From: a virus
DNA: 36,549 nucleotides
Direction: 5' to 3' (one strand)
IMG/VR virus record: IMGVR_UViG_3300031853_000132
Span: 1 to 36,549 of that record
In this document: positions 7,798-17,032 of the stretch, piece by piece
How the letters are laid out: each line of letters opens with the position of its first letter
How positions within the stretch are numbered: position 1 is the first letter of the stretch
The notes under the pieces: model-generated
What the model saw: the letters and a program-made list of their open reading frames with translations, nothing else
The model's database searches: none
Told to the model about the DNA's origin: nothing
Position numbers and translations under genes: made by a program

Positions 7798-10700
7798 AGT
7801 AAAGGCAGGGCAGACAGTCGCCCGAGCTTTTCCCGAGTTAGATTTAGAAAACGCAATCATCGTAGTAAACGGACGCATAGAAAAGCCCGATTATGTTTTG
7901 CAGGAAACCGACAAAGTTATGATCCGTTTGACACCAAGCGGAACTACTGCGCTTGTTGTTACTCTTGTCGTGGTTGCGGTTGTGGCCGTAGGCGCTGGCG
8001 TTGTCGGCGGTATTGCTGCATATAAGGCAAAACAGGCAGCCGAAAAAGCAGAAAAAGAACTGGAAAAAGTAAAGAAGCTCACCAATAAACCCGAAGTGGA
8101 TAACCGCCCGTTCTTACGGGGCGCAAGCAACACAGACGCGCAGGGCAATTTATTGCCGTTCATGTGCGGTTACAACTTCTTTACACCTTACAAATTAAGC
8201 AGCCCGTTTTATAAAATCGTCGGCACTGACGGCGTGGACGAATACACCTACACCGCGTTTGTGTGCGGCTTCAATAAGCAGCTGATTAAAAAAGTAGCCA
8301 TTGACGACGTAATAATTAAGACCTTTTCTACAAGCGCCCCGCAAGAGGGAGCCTACACGCTCGACACTTCTATTTTTGCCGAGGACGGACGGCTTGAGAT
8401 TGCGCAGGACGGCGCACTATTAAGCGACTTAACAGAATTAAACTACAAGACCGTTTCAAACGCTTGTAACGACGAAATACCAAAAGATACGCTCGTAAGC
8501 GAGGGAACAAAAGAGTATTTAACATATACGCTGAACAAATACGCGAAAGACGTTGACGTGGCAATAGCGTTCCCTTACGGCCTTTATGCTTATAACGACG
8601 ATAACGACAAAGTAAGCAACACCGTTACAATTACGCCGCAGTATTCACTTGACGGCGGCAGCACTTGGACGAACTTTACATTTAACAATAACGGGACTAT
8701 GACAAACACATTTTCCCGCAACGTTTCAGACAAAGAGCTGCGCTTTGTGGCACACAAGGCTTTTACCTTGTCGGACTATGCGACACTCAAGAACAACGGC
8801 CAAGAAAATATTTATATCCGCGTAAGAAGCAACGGCGCGGCGCATGACACAAAAATACATAATGATTGTTACGTGCTTTTCTATCAGTCGGTTTGTTATG
8901 ATCCGAATAAGTCAAGCAAGCCTGCGGGAATCGTGGACGACAGCGGAGCTGCTGGCCTTGTAAGCTGCAAGAACATTGAGGACAGGGAGCGGGCTTTCTG
9001 TACTATTCTAGCGCTTAAACTCAAAGCTACAAAAGTAAACGAAGATAAACTCAAAAAAATAAACATCATCACAAACGGCGTGGCGCGTACATGGAGCGGC
9101 GCAGCTTGGACGACTGCAAAAACCGCGACCCGAAACCCTGCTGCATGGGCGCTTGAGATTGAAACAAGCGACAGACACCCAGCAAGCCAGCGCCTTGACA
9201 GTGAGATAGACTTAGAGAGCTTTGGCGAGTGGTACGAATACTGCGAGGACAAGGGCTACAAGTTCGACTATGCAGTAACACAGAACACCAAAAAAGACAC
9301 AATCCTGCAATACATCGCAGAAGCTACAGGCGCGTGTATTTACTGGGACATTAACGGACGGCGTGCGGTTGCGCTTGATAAGCCGCAGGAAAACGCGCTC
9401 GCAGTTTACAACCCGCAGAATATTATTAGTATTCAGAATAAAAAAAGTTTTGGACGACGCACCGACGGCTTGAGAATTAAATATAATTCCAGCGATAACG
9501 ACATTTTCCAAGAGCTTACATATCTTGTCATGCGCGAAGTGGACGGCAGACCGCTACCGCTTACAGACGACAGCATAATTAAAGACGTGACAATAACGGG
9601 CGTTACAACACGCAGCCACGTTGTAAAATACGCCCGCCGCCTTATGGCTATAGAAGCGCTGCGCCCGAAAACGACAATTATTGAAGTCGGAAACGAGGGC
9701 ATTTTCTACACGCCATTTTCAAAAATCCTTATTCAAGACGACAGCCTTAAAATAGGACTTGGCAAGGGCTACGTAGTGCAGGATATAGCCTATAGCGGCG
9801 GCATTATCGACAAGATTTATATTGACGGGCAGGTAACTTTTGAGGACGGCAAGGAATACGGAATTATTGTTAACTGCTACGGTGCCGACGCTGGCGAAAC
9901 ACCGCTTGCAATCAAAGTAAGCGGAACGGGAACAACCGACACGCTGAACGTTGATACAATCATAGCACAAAGCGCAAGTATTAAACCCGAAATAAATTGT
10001 ATTTTCTCTTTTGGTGAGTTGGACGACGACGGCGAGTTTACAAAGGTAACGACAGAATATTTAATCAATCAGATCAGACGAAGCGACAAGGGTTTTAACT
10101 TGGAGCTTGTAAACTATAACGAAGCTATCTACGACACGGGCACAATTCCCGACTATCTGCCGAACATCACACAGAAGCAGACAAGCGCCCCCGCGCCTAT
10201 TCCTGCGGACTACGTGACAAAACGCGAGCTTGACGAAGTTATCGACAATATGCAAAGCGGAAATATACCAGTAGGCAAACCCGACGCGCCGACTTTGGTT
10301 GTAGGTTCAGCTTTCCGCGACGGCATAAACTTGAGCTGCGTACACAATACAGACGGCCTGCGTAATGATTTACGCGCTATTGTATTCACTATCACAAAGG
10401 CAGACGGCACAACGGCTACTATAAGCGTAAGCGGACGCACTGGGACATATACGTTTGACCGTGAAGTGGACGGCTACCCCGAAAAAACGGACTTGCAGCA
10501 ATGGACAGTAAGCGCCCGCGCCGTAAACATCTACGGCAAGGAAAGCGTAGAAAGCGAAGCCCGCCCCGTTTCTACTGCTTTATATGGCACTTGGCAGCTT
10601 TCAGCGCCAGTTATCACAAAGCGCGAAAGTAACCGCGTTATTACTCTTTACTTTGAGCAGCCGACACGCTCGGACGGCTTGGAACGCTACGGAAATATAC

Positions 10701-12679
10701 AGCACCGCGTACAGATTAAGAGATTGACCGCGCCAGCTGACAGCGCATATTTTAAGCCAGCGACAGGGGCGAACCCATACGAAAACGAAGCGAACTACAA
10801 AGACGGCAGCGGCTTTGTAATTGCTGGCAGTAGCTACGCGCAGACATTGCCACTTGCGGGGCAGGACTTGACCGACCCAATACCCGAAGATACAACCTAC
10901 GGCTTTTGTATTGTGGCATACAACGAAGCAAGCGAAAGCCCAGCTACAGAAATTAACGCCGTTGCACACGCTACGAGCATACGCGACATTGTAGAAAACG
11001 CAATCGGAAACGCGCAGATTAAGCAGGACGCAGTAACAGCGGACAAAATCTACGTGCGTATGCTTTCAGCAATACAAGAAAACCTCGGCTATATTACGGG
11101 CGGCGTTTTTGAGGGAACCGAGAACAACCGCTGGGCGCTTTCAACTATTACGCTTGAGGACGGCAGCACACGCTACGAGGGCGCAATGCGCGTCGGCGGT
11201 GACGATGAATACTTTGAGGTAGAGCCTTACAACATCGTTAACGGAGTGCCGCAGAATTACCACGTAAAGTTTAAGGCTGGTAACTTTGAGATTGCGGCGC
11301 AGGCGTCAAGTATTAACGGAATCCTTTATATACAGGAAAACGAAAACGCGCTTGACCGTACGAAGATAAGCCCGAACGGTACGTACTACCAGCACCGCGA
11401 AACCGTAAACAGCGAATGGCAGACTATTGCAAGCTCGAATGTAAACGGCGTTATGACAAAGCAGGTATTTTCAGACGATACCCTTTTTATAACAAATCAA
11501 GACATGGTCGAGCGACGCAAGCAGGGCTACGACATCGGAAACGCTTATTTGAGCAGCGCGTCAAAAGTGTATCATTTTGACACTGACATTTTCGACCAAA
11601 ACGGCGTAAACGATTTAACGGTAGAGGACGCAGAAATCGACGGCGGCCACAACCTTGTCGGAAAAGACAACGAAAGCGACGACATAGACTTTACGCCCGC
11701 TATTCTTGCGATTGCGCCTTATGCAACGCTCGGCAAGTCACTTTATGGACGCTACGGCATTACTGCCGCCTATGGTTCTTGTGACAAGTTCACCGTTGAC
11801 TTTTGGCTGCAATACATCTACGCAGAAAATCAGACCATATTTGACATCGGAAACGCTGGCGACAAAATCAAGCTGATTATTGCTGCGAGCGAGTGCTATT
11901 TTGAAAAAGGCGCAGACGACAAAAGCGGAATACCGTTTAACGCTGAAATCACACAAAGCCGACTTTATAACCTTTTGCCGTTGCGTGACGTGCTTTTTAA
12001 CAAGGCAAGCGAAAGTGAAATAGCATTTAATGCAGCTGCAAACGGCGAGTGCCCTTTTGAATCTATCGCAGTAAAAGAGTTCAACGCAAACTATGTTTAT
12101 TACGTGAAAACCACTACCGCAGGCGTTGAGGTTTGGAGCGTGGCAACAGTTACGGCGGCCACATATTACACACTGTTAGCGGCTGGACTTTACGAAAAAA
12201 CGCTGCCGTTCAACTCACCAGCTGCCGCACACAGCTATTTGCAGCATGACGGACAGACACAGAGCGAACAGCGCGAACTTTCCGACATCGGCGTATCGTT
12301 TACGCCTAATTCTTGGCTGCATATTGGAATTATTGCAAGCGCAAACAAAATCACGGTGGCGCTGAACGACCGCGCCGCAGAGTTTACCCGCTACGGAACA
12401 GCAGCAGCGGCTTTGTCGGTTGTGCTCAATAGCAGCCGCAATTCTTTTATGCTCGACGAGCTTTTAGTAGATATTACAGAAGCCGAAGCGGTAGACACGT
12501 TCTACGAGCACACAACAAACCGCGTGCCGTGGGCGAACCTTTCAAAGAGTAATGATTATTTCATTCTTACGGTTAAGGACTTGCAGAACTTCAAGACCAA
12601 TATTTTTGATACGCAGCTGTTCAAGGATAAAGTCGCAGAAGTTATACAAGACTATATAAATAACAATACACAGGAGTAA
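7748..12679 (+). CDS. Tail-tip host-specificity protein, gpI-like N-terminus fused to a gpJ-like body
   Basis: 1643 aa. The N-terminal ~70 aa are followed by a hydrophobic stretch (LVVTLVVVAVVAVGAGVVGG), as in lambda gpI. The large body carries Fn3-like repeats (PDAPTLVVGS..., SAPVITKRES...). GAGG SD. Confidence 0.7.
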   Translation: MKATLYKTLSNRQTPIEVKAGQTVARAFPELDLENAIIVVNGRIEKPDYVLQETDKVMIRLTPSGTTALVVTLVVVAVVAVGAGVVGGIAAYKAKQAAEKAEKELEKVKKLTNKPEVDNRPFLRGASNTDAQGNLLPFMCGYNFFTPYKLSSPFYKIVGTDGVDEYTYTAFVCGFNKQLIKKVAIDDVIIKTFSTSAPQEGAYTLDTSIFAEDGRLEIAQDGALLSDLTELNYKTVSNACNDEIPKDTLVSEGTKEYLTYTLNKYAKDVDVAIAFPYGLYAYNDDNDKVSNTVTITPQYSLDGGSTWTNFTFNNNGTMTNTFSRNVSDKELRFVAHKAFTLSDYATLKNNGQENIYIRVRSNGAAHDTKIHNDCYVLFYQSVCYDPNKSSKPAGIVDDSGAAGLVSCKNIEDRERAFCTILALKLKATKVNEDKLKKINIITNGVARTWSGAAWTTAKTATRNPAAWALEIETSDRHPASQRLDSEIDLESFGEWYEYCEDKGYKFDYAVTQNTKKDTILQYIAEATGACIYWDINGRRAVALDKPQENALAVYNPQNIISIQNKKSFGRRTDGLRIKYNSSDNDIFQELTYLVMREVDGRPLPLTDDSIIKDVTITGVTTRSHVVKYARRLMAIEALRPKTTIIEVGNEGIFYTPFSKILIQDDSLKIGLGKGYVVQDIAYSGGIIDKIYIDGQVTFEDGKEYGIIVNCYGADAGETPLAIKVSGTGTTDTLNVDTIIAQSASIKPEINCIFSFGELDDDGEFTKVTTEYLINQIRRSDKGFNLELVNYNEAIYDTGTIPDYLPNITQKQTSAPAPIPADYVTKRELDEVIDNMQSGNIPVGKPDAPTLVVGSAFRDGINLSCVHNTDGLRNDLRAIVFTITKADGTTATISVSGRTGTYTFDREVDGYPEKTDLQQWTVSARAVNIYGKESVESEARPVSTALYGTWQLSAPVITKRESNRVITLYFEQPTRSDGLERYGNIQHRVQIKRLTAPADSAYFKPATGANPYENEANYKDGSGFVIAGSSYAQTLPLAGQDLTDPIPEDTTYGFCIVAYNEASESPATEINAVAHATSIRDIVENAIGNAQIKQDAVTADKIYVRMLSAIQENLGYITGGVFEGTENNRWALSTITLEDGSTRYEGAMRVGGDDEYFEVEPYNIVNGVPQNYHVKFKAGNFEIAAQASSINGILYIQENENALDRTKISPNGTYYQHRETVNSEWQTIASSNVNGVMTKQVFSDDTLFITNQDMVERRKQGYDIGNAYLSSASKVYHFDTDIFDQNGVNDLTVEDAEIDGGHNLVGKDNESDDIDFTPAILAIAPYATLGKSLYGRYGITAAYGSCDKFTVDFWLQYIYAENQTIFDIGNAGDKIKLIIAASECYFEKGADDKSGIPFNAEITQSRLYNLLPLRDVLFNKASESEIAFNAAANGECPFESIAVKEFNANYVYYVKTTTAGVEVWSVATVTAATYYTLLAAGLYEKTLPFNSPAAAHSYLQHDGQTQSEQRELSDIGVSFTPNSWLHIGIIASANKITVALNDRAAEFTRYGTAAAALSVVLNSSRNSFMLDELLVDITEAEAVDTFYEHTTNRVPWANLSKSNDYFILTVKDLQNFKTNIFDTQLFKDKVAEVIQDYINNNTQE
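12648..12660 (+). promoter_or_regulatory. Degenerate copy of the late motif (AAGACTATATAAA)
   Basis: Shares the GACTATATA core and differs from the consensus at one position (T to A). It lies about 35 nt upstream of the tail-fibre ATG. Confidence 0.25.
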
Positions 12680-12685
12680 AACACT

Positions 12686-14353
12686 ATGGCTACATTAGAC
12701 TTAACACTGGCAGCATTGCGACTTGCGGGGCTTACAAACTTTACGCCCGAGTTCGGCACAAAGGAAGCCGACGGCGTAAGCGTAAGCACTGAAAACGTAT
12801 GCAAAGATATTATGCTGCCGTTTACATTCCAGCGCCCCGTACTCGTAAGCGAAACGAGCGACACTGGAAACATCGAAGCAACCCGCACGCTTGTTTTGAC
12901 AAACAGCGGAATTGTTTTGACACTTGGCCGCGCAACTTTTGCAGGCTGTAAAATCACAGTGCAGACGGGGTTCTCAAGCGGCAGCGCACAGGTTCGCTAC
13001 TTGACCGCCGCCAACACTTACGAAACCGTTACGCTTGCAGCTGGCAACAGCGTTGAGATTGTAAGCAACAGCGACCTTTATTTTTACAAACGGCTGCGTA
13101 TCAATAATTCAATCATCATCAACACAAACGAAAACTTGATACTTAACCGTCGTTATCTTTACCCGTCGGTTTTCCCAGTGGCAAACAGAAACAAAGATAC
13201 CGACTTTGTGGTACAGAATAACCAGCTTTACAGCAAGAACAGCGTATTTATTAGAGCGGGCGCAACCCTGCCGCCGTTCTACGTTGAAAACGTGGGGCTT
13301 TTGCAGTTCCACACAGAAAGCGACATAGAGCTTGACGTAGACGACTGCGACGACACTTGCACAGGGCTTGAAGCAGGAAAAGACTATTTTATTTATTTGA
13401 TTTACAGCCCGGCTTTATTCCCGAACGAAAAAGACAACCTCGGCTTTAAAATCAGTTTGAACGACCCCGACGGAATCAGCTTGTACGGTAATTCAGACAT
13501 TGCAGGCAGCGGCGCGAAACCGATTAAGGCATACGCAGAAGTTGACGGCGCGATTTTGAATGAACAAAACTGTATGTGTATAGGCGGCTTTCATACCGTG
13601 CTTGTAGACTGCGACGCACTCGCAGCAGGCCAGCAGGTGCACCCGCTCACAGATTATACAGCGGGAGCTATTCACCCGTTCACCGTTTGGGACTTGTACC
13701 ACCGCCCGAACGGTACAAGCGTAGGTATGCTTTACAATCCTTGTATAGACAAGTGGGGTTCTTTGTATCTGCTTTCAGAGCGTGCCTTTGACAAGACGGG
13801 CACAGCTGCAAGTTACGGCGGCACATACCCGAAAAACAATATAATTCTTATTTCAGCAGCAAACAAAGAGTTTGTAACTGGAACAACTACAGGCCGCGTT
13901 TTCCCTTGTTTGCGCGGCGAACAGATATTGAGCTTTCAGAAACAGCGCTTGCCGACTTTGCAGGAGTTCACAGCGTTTACACTTGGAAGCCCGCAGGGTT
14001 TGGCAATCAAAGGAGCTGCAAACCCCGTTACTACAGGCGGACACCTTGCAAGCGACAATACGCAGATTATTTCATACTGCGGTATGTTCGACGGCGTGGG
14101 CGTTCTTTGGCAGTGGGGACAGGAAAACGGCTACACTGTTTCTAGCGACTGGCAGACTAACTACAACACAACGCACGACAAAGACGTTAAAGGCGACGCT
14201 TTCAACCCGCAAACACGCGTCTTTTTTGGTGGCCGCTGGGACGATGGTTCGCACTGCGGTTCGCGGGCGTGCATTTGGAGCCATGGGGCATTGGAACTGT
14301 ATGACCATATCGGTTTTCGGGCGGTTGCCGAGCCACGCCATATTAAGGGGTAA
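12686..14353 (+). CDS. Tail fibre / receptor-binding protein with a C-terminal FGE/C-type-lectin-fold domain; DGR target
   Basis: 555 aa. The C-terminus FFGGRWDDGSHCGSRACIWSHGALELYDHIGFRAVAEP carries the GxW..GS.CGSR...GFR(A/V)V signature of the formylglycine-generating-enzyme-type lectin fold used by known DGR targets. It contains the VR. Confidence 0.85.
   Translation: MATLDLTLAALRLAGLTNFTPEFGTKEADGVSVSTENVCKDIMLPFTFQRPVLVSETSDTGNIEATRTLVLTNSGIVLTLGRATFAGCKITVQTGFSSGSAQVRYLTAANTYETVTLAAGNSVEIVSNSDLYFYKRLRINNSIIINTNENLILNRRYLYPSVFPVANRNKDTDFVVQNNQLYSKNSVFIRAGATLPPFYVENVGLLQFHTESDIELDVDDCDDTCTGLEAGKDYFIYLIYSPALFPNEKDNLGFKISLNDPDGISLYGNSDIAGSGAKPIKAYAEVDGAILNEQNCMCIGGFHTVLVDCDALAAGQQVHPLTDYTAGAIHPFTVWDLYHRPNGTSVGMLYNPCIDKWGSLYLLSERAFDKTGTAASYGGTYPKNNIILISAANKEFVTGTTTGRVFPCLRGEQILSFQKQRLPTLQEFTAFTLGSPQGLAIKGAANPVTTGGHLASDNTQIISYCGMFDGVGVLWQWGQENGYTVSSDWQTNYNTTHDKDVKGDAFNPQTRVFFGGRWDDGSHCGSRACIWSHGALELYDHIGFRAVAEPRHIKG
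14226..14331 (+). repeat. DGR variable repeat (VR)
   Basis: Aligns without gaps to 14559-14664 (offset 333). There are 10 mismatches, and all are at positions where the TR base is A. Weaker homology extends back to 14216. Confidence 0.9.
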
Positions 14354-14419
14354 GCACAACCAAGCGGACACCCTACTACGGGAAAAGGGGACAAGGGGGA
14401 ACAGCCCTACAACCCTACA

Positions 14420-14446
14420 GCGGATAGGCACTTTTAGCCTATCCGC
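14420..14446 (+). terminator. Perfect 10-bp hairpin (GCGGATAGGC / GCCTATCCGC, 7-nt loop) downstream of the VR
   Basis: Seen directly. There is no T-tract after it, so it may be a DGR-associated hairpin or an atypical terminator. Confidence 0.4.
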
Positions 14447-14449
14447 ATA

Positions 14450-14463
14450 AATGACTATATAAG
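14450..14463 (+). promoter_or_regulatory. Late-promoter-like motif AATGACTATATAAG upstream of the DGR template repeat
   Basis: Exact 10-mer, about 95 nt upstream of the TR and on the same strand as the TR and RT. Confidence 0.45.
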
Positions 14464-14558
14464 TATAAGCGGCAATCTTGGGTAGCGCGTGACAAAAAAA
14501 CAACCACGACCCGAAAAACGCCCGCCGAGATACTCACATCTTAGCGGGCGCGTCATTC

Positions 14559-14664
14559 TTGGTGGCAACTGGGACAATAGTTCGCACTGCGGTTCGCGGG
14601 CGTACAATTGGAACAATGGGGCATTGGAACTGAATGACAATATCGGTTTTCGGGCGGTTGCCGA
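14559..14664 (+). repeat. DGR template repeat (TR)
   Basis: Non-coding copy of the VR. Read in the VR frame, the variable positions are AAY/AGT/TAC codons (N, N, S, Y, N, N, N, N, N). Homology ends abruptly after 14664. Confidence 0.9.
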
Positions 14665-14840
14665 TACTGAATAAGATTGTAAGAACCCACTTACGCAATA
14701 TCTTTTTAGGCTGGCGCGTTATCCAGTGAGGGGAAACCCTGCAAAATTACTGAATGGGAAGCAATACTCGACTAGTAGGAAATCCGAAAGCCGTTTATTG
14801 ATATACTGGCAGATTGCCGCTATTTTTGGAGTACAACAAA

Positions 14841-16349
14841 GTGAAGCGATACGGTAACTTGTGGCAGCAAGTTTGTACATACGAAAACATAGACAAAGCT
14901 ATACGGCTGACTTTCAGAGGAAAGCGCCGTTATAATGAGTTTAAGGAAATCGAAAAGAACTTGCCGTATTATCGCGAACAGCTGCACGAAATGCTTGTAA
15001 ACGAAAGCTACACCTACGGCGAATATACAATAAAGCACATCTACGAGCCAAAGCCAAGAACGGCACTTGTAGCGCGGACTTTTCCCGACAGATTTTTACA
15101 CCACGCAATAGTAAACGTCGGCGAGCCGATATGGAGCAGCCGCACTTATTACCATTCTTACGCCTGCATTAAGGGCAAGGGCACGCACGCAGCACACAGA
15201 CAGATTGCTAAACTTGTGGCGGGTTATAATTACATTTGCCACTTGGATATACACAGCTTTTACGCCAGCATAGACCACGACGTATTAAAACAGGCATTGC
15301 GCAGGAAAATTAAAGACGTAAAATTTTTACGGTATTGCGACGGCCTTATAGACAATTACCCTACGCCCTGCGGTATTCCTATCGGAAACGCTACAAGCCC
15401 GTGGTTTGGAAATGTTGCACTTTGGGGCGTTGACGACTTCATAAAACACGAATTGAAATTGCCATACGTGCGCTATAACGACGATATGGTAATAGCCAGC
15501 AACGACAAAAGCGAACTGGTAAAAGCCCGTGAACGTGTGCGGGGTTATTTGTGGGAAACAATGGGGCTGACGTTTTCAAAGTCATACATCAAGAACACGC
15601 GGCAAGGTATAAACGCCGTCGGCTATCATTCATATAAAAACAGAAAAAGCGATACAGTAACAATTTTGAAACGCAAAACAGCGCGTAAAATCCGTTTATT
15701 TGTCGCCGAAAAAGCGACCACAGAAGCACTCAAGAGCGTTAAGAGCGCAAACAAGGTGCTGCGAGTGCTTACCAGCTACAACGGGATTTTGACAAATTGC
15801 AGCTGTAATCGGTTCATAGAAAAAATAGACTTTAATAACAAGCTGGAGCTTTTCAAAATCAAGGGGCACGAAATGATTAAACAAATCACAGAATATTATA
15901 ACAACGGAATACTGACGGGCGAAACGCTGACAATAGAAACAGTCGCGGGGCTGCATATTTACATAAGCGGTATTCAGCAGACGAAAAACAAATACTACCA
16001 CGAATATATTTGCGAGGAAAACGGCGAAAAGCTCAAGCAGACAAACGGCAAGAATCCGACGTTATCAGTAATTCAGTTTTATATCGCGGCCAAAGAACAT
16101 GGCAAAGAAGAAAAACAGATACGCGAAAGCGGAAAGTTATATAAAGTATTCAGCTCGGCTTATTCTATTACGAACGCAGCCGAAGCTATGAAAGATATTG
16201 ATTTTAAAAACGACCTTGTTTCTGCAATGTTCACAAAAAGCGGCAAACACCCCGAGCTTGTGCCATACGAAAGCGACTACGCGCAGAAAAAAGGCATAGA
16301 CACTGCGGGCGTATTGCAGAAGCTCGAAACAATCGCAGCCGCTAGTTAA
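14841..16349 (+). CDS. DGR reverse transcriptase with a ~170-aa C-terminal extension
   Basis: GTG start nine nt after GGAG, giving an N-terminus of KRYGNLWQQV. Carries an RT motif B-like PIGNATSPWFGN and the catalytic box RYNDD. The track ORF starts earlier, at a TTG at 14814. Confidence 0.85.
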   Translation: MKRYGNLWQQVCTYENIDKAIRLTFRGKRRYNEFKEIEKNLPYYREQLHEMLVNESYTYGEYTIKHIYEPKPRTALVARTFPDRFLHHAIVNVGEPIWSSRTYYHSYACIKGKGTHAAHRQIAKLVAGYNYICHLDIHSFYASIDHDVLKQALRRKIKDVKFLRYCDGLIDNYPTPCGIPIGNATSPWFGNVALWGVDDFIKHELKLPYVRYNDDMVIASNDKSELVKARERVRGYLWETMGLTFSKSYIKNTRQGINAVGYHSYKNRKSDTVTILKRKTARKIRLFVAEKATTEALKSVKSANKVLRVLTSYNGILTNCSCNRFIEKIDFNNKLELFKIKGHEMIKQITEYYNNGILTGETLTIETVAGLHIYISGIQQTKNKYYHEYICEENGEKLKQTNGKNPTLSVIQFYIAAKEHGKEEKQIRESGKLYKVFSSAYSITNAAEAMKDIDFKNDLVSAMFTKSGKHPELVPYESDYAQKKGIDTAGVLQKLETIAAAS

Positions 16350-17032
16350 TAGCCAAGTTCCATAAAGCGCACGCCACGCACGCGCCCCGTAATAATATTG
16401 TCGTTGATATAGTCGCGTATTTCAGCTCGCAGCGCAGCTTCATTCTTTGGCGAGAAGTCGGCGGTTGTTTTCTGCGCTATAAGGTTTTTAAGATAAACAG
16501 CTATTATGTCATTTTGCGCCGTTATTTCCGTAGCTGTTTGTTTATCATCAAGTTTGAAACCCAGCACAACGGAAAGCGAAACCTTGCCGCCGTCGCTTGT
16601 TTTGTTTTCGGCTGCTATTCCCTTAGACCATGATAAAACCTCACGATTTTGTGAATAATCACTGCTCGGAATTACTGCAAGGTTCAGCGGTATATCGTCA
16701 ATGTTTACGGAGTACGCCGCGCCGTTTGCTTTTGCTACCAGCTTCAAAGGCTTTACTTTGTATATATTGAACCGCTCGCCGTTCTTTTTTGTAAAATCTG
16801 TAAAATCAATAGAATTGCCGCCCGCTGGTAAATCGTCGGTGTAAAAATACTCACCGTTCAGCGTGTATGTGATTGCGGGAATATCTGCGCCCGTGTCATT
16901 GTTTACCCAGTAGAGCACAGGCGCGGCTTTTGGATCGCGTGAGTTATACTCAAGCGAAATATTAAGCTGCTTGGAACATGAGCAAAGCAGAGCCGCAAGA
17001 ATTAAAGATACAAAAATAGATTTTACTTTCAT
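16346..17032 (-). CDS. Lipoprotein with a FliL-like C-terminal domain (accessory gene)
   Basis: The ATG at 17032 follows GAGGTG. Signal peptide MKVKSIFVSLILAALLCSCS has a lipobox-like Cys. The C-terminal pattern (LSVVLGF...IIAVYLKNLI...LRAEIRDYIN...VRGVRFMELGY) resembles the FliL family (from memory). Confidence 0.55.
   Translation of the reverse strand: MKVKSIFVSLILAALLCSCSKQLNISLEYNSRDPKAAPVLYWVNNDTGADIPAITYTLNGEYFYTDDLPAGGNSIDFTDFTKKNGERFNIYKVKPLKLVAKANGAAYSVNIDDIPLNLAVIPSSDYSQNREVLSWSKGIAAENKTSDGGKVSLSVVLGFKLDDKQTATEITAQNDIIAVYLKNLIAQKTTADFSPKNEAALRAEIRDYINDNIITGRVRGVRFMELGY

Larger units (their letters stand above)
14216..16349 (+). mobile_element. Diversity-generating retroelement cassette (VR - TR - RT; no Avd ORF seen)
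   Basis: Combination of the VR/TR pair with adenine-specific differences and the adjacent RT. Confidence 0.85.

Noticed and set aside
14489-14674. 61-aa ORF (MTKKQPRPEKRPPRYSHLSGRVILGGNWDNSSHCGSRAYNWNNGALELNDNIGFRAVADTE) that might be taken for a gene or an Avd-like accessory factor
   Set aside because: Its C-terminal two-thirds are simply the DGR template repeat read in the VR frame. It has no SD and no helical-bundle character. It is treated as non-coding TR RNA.
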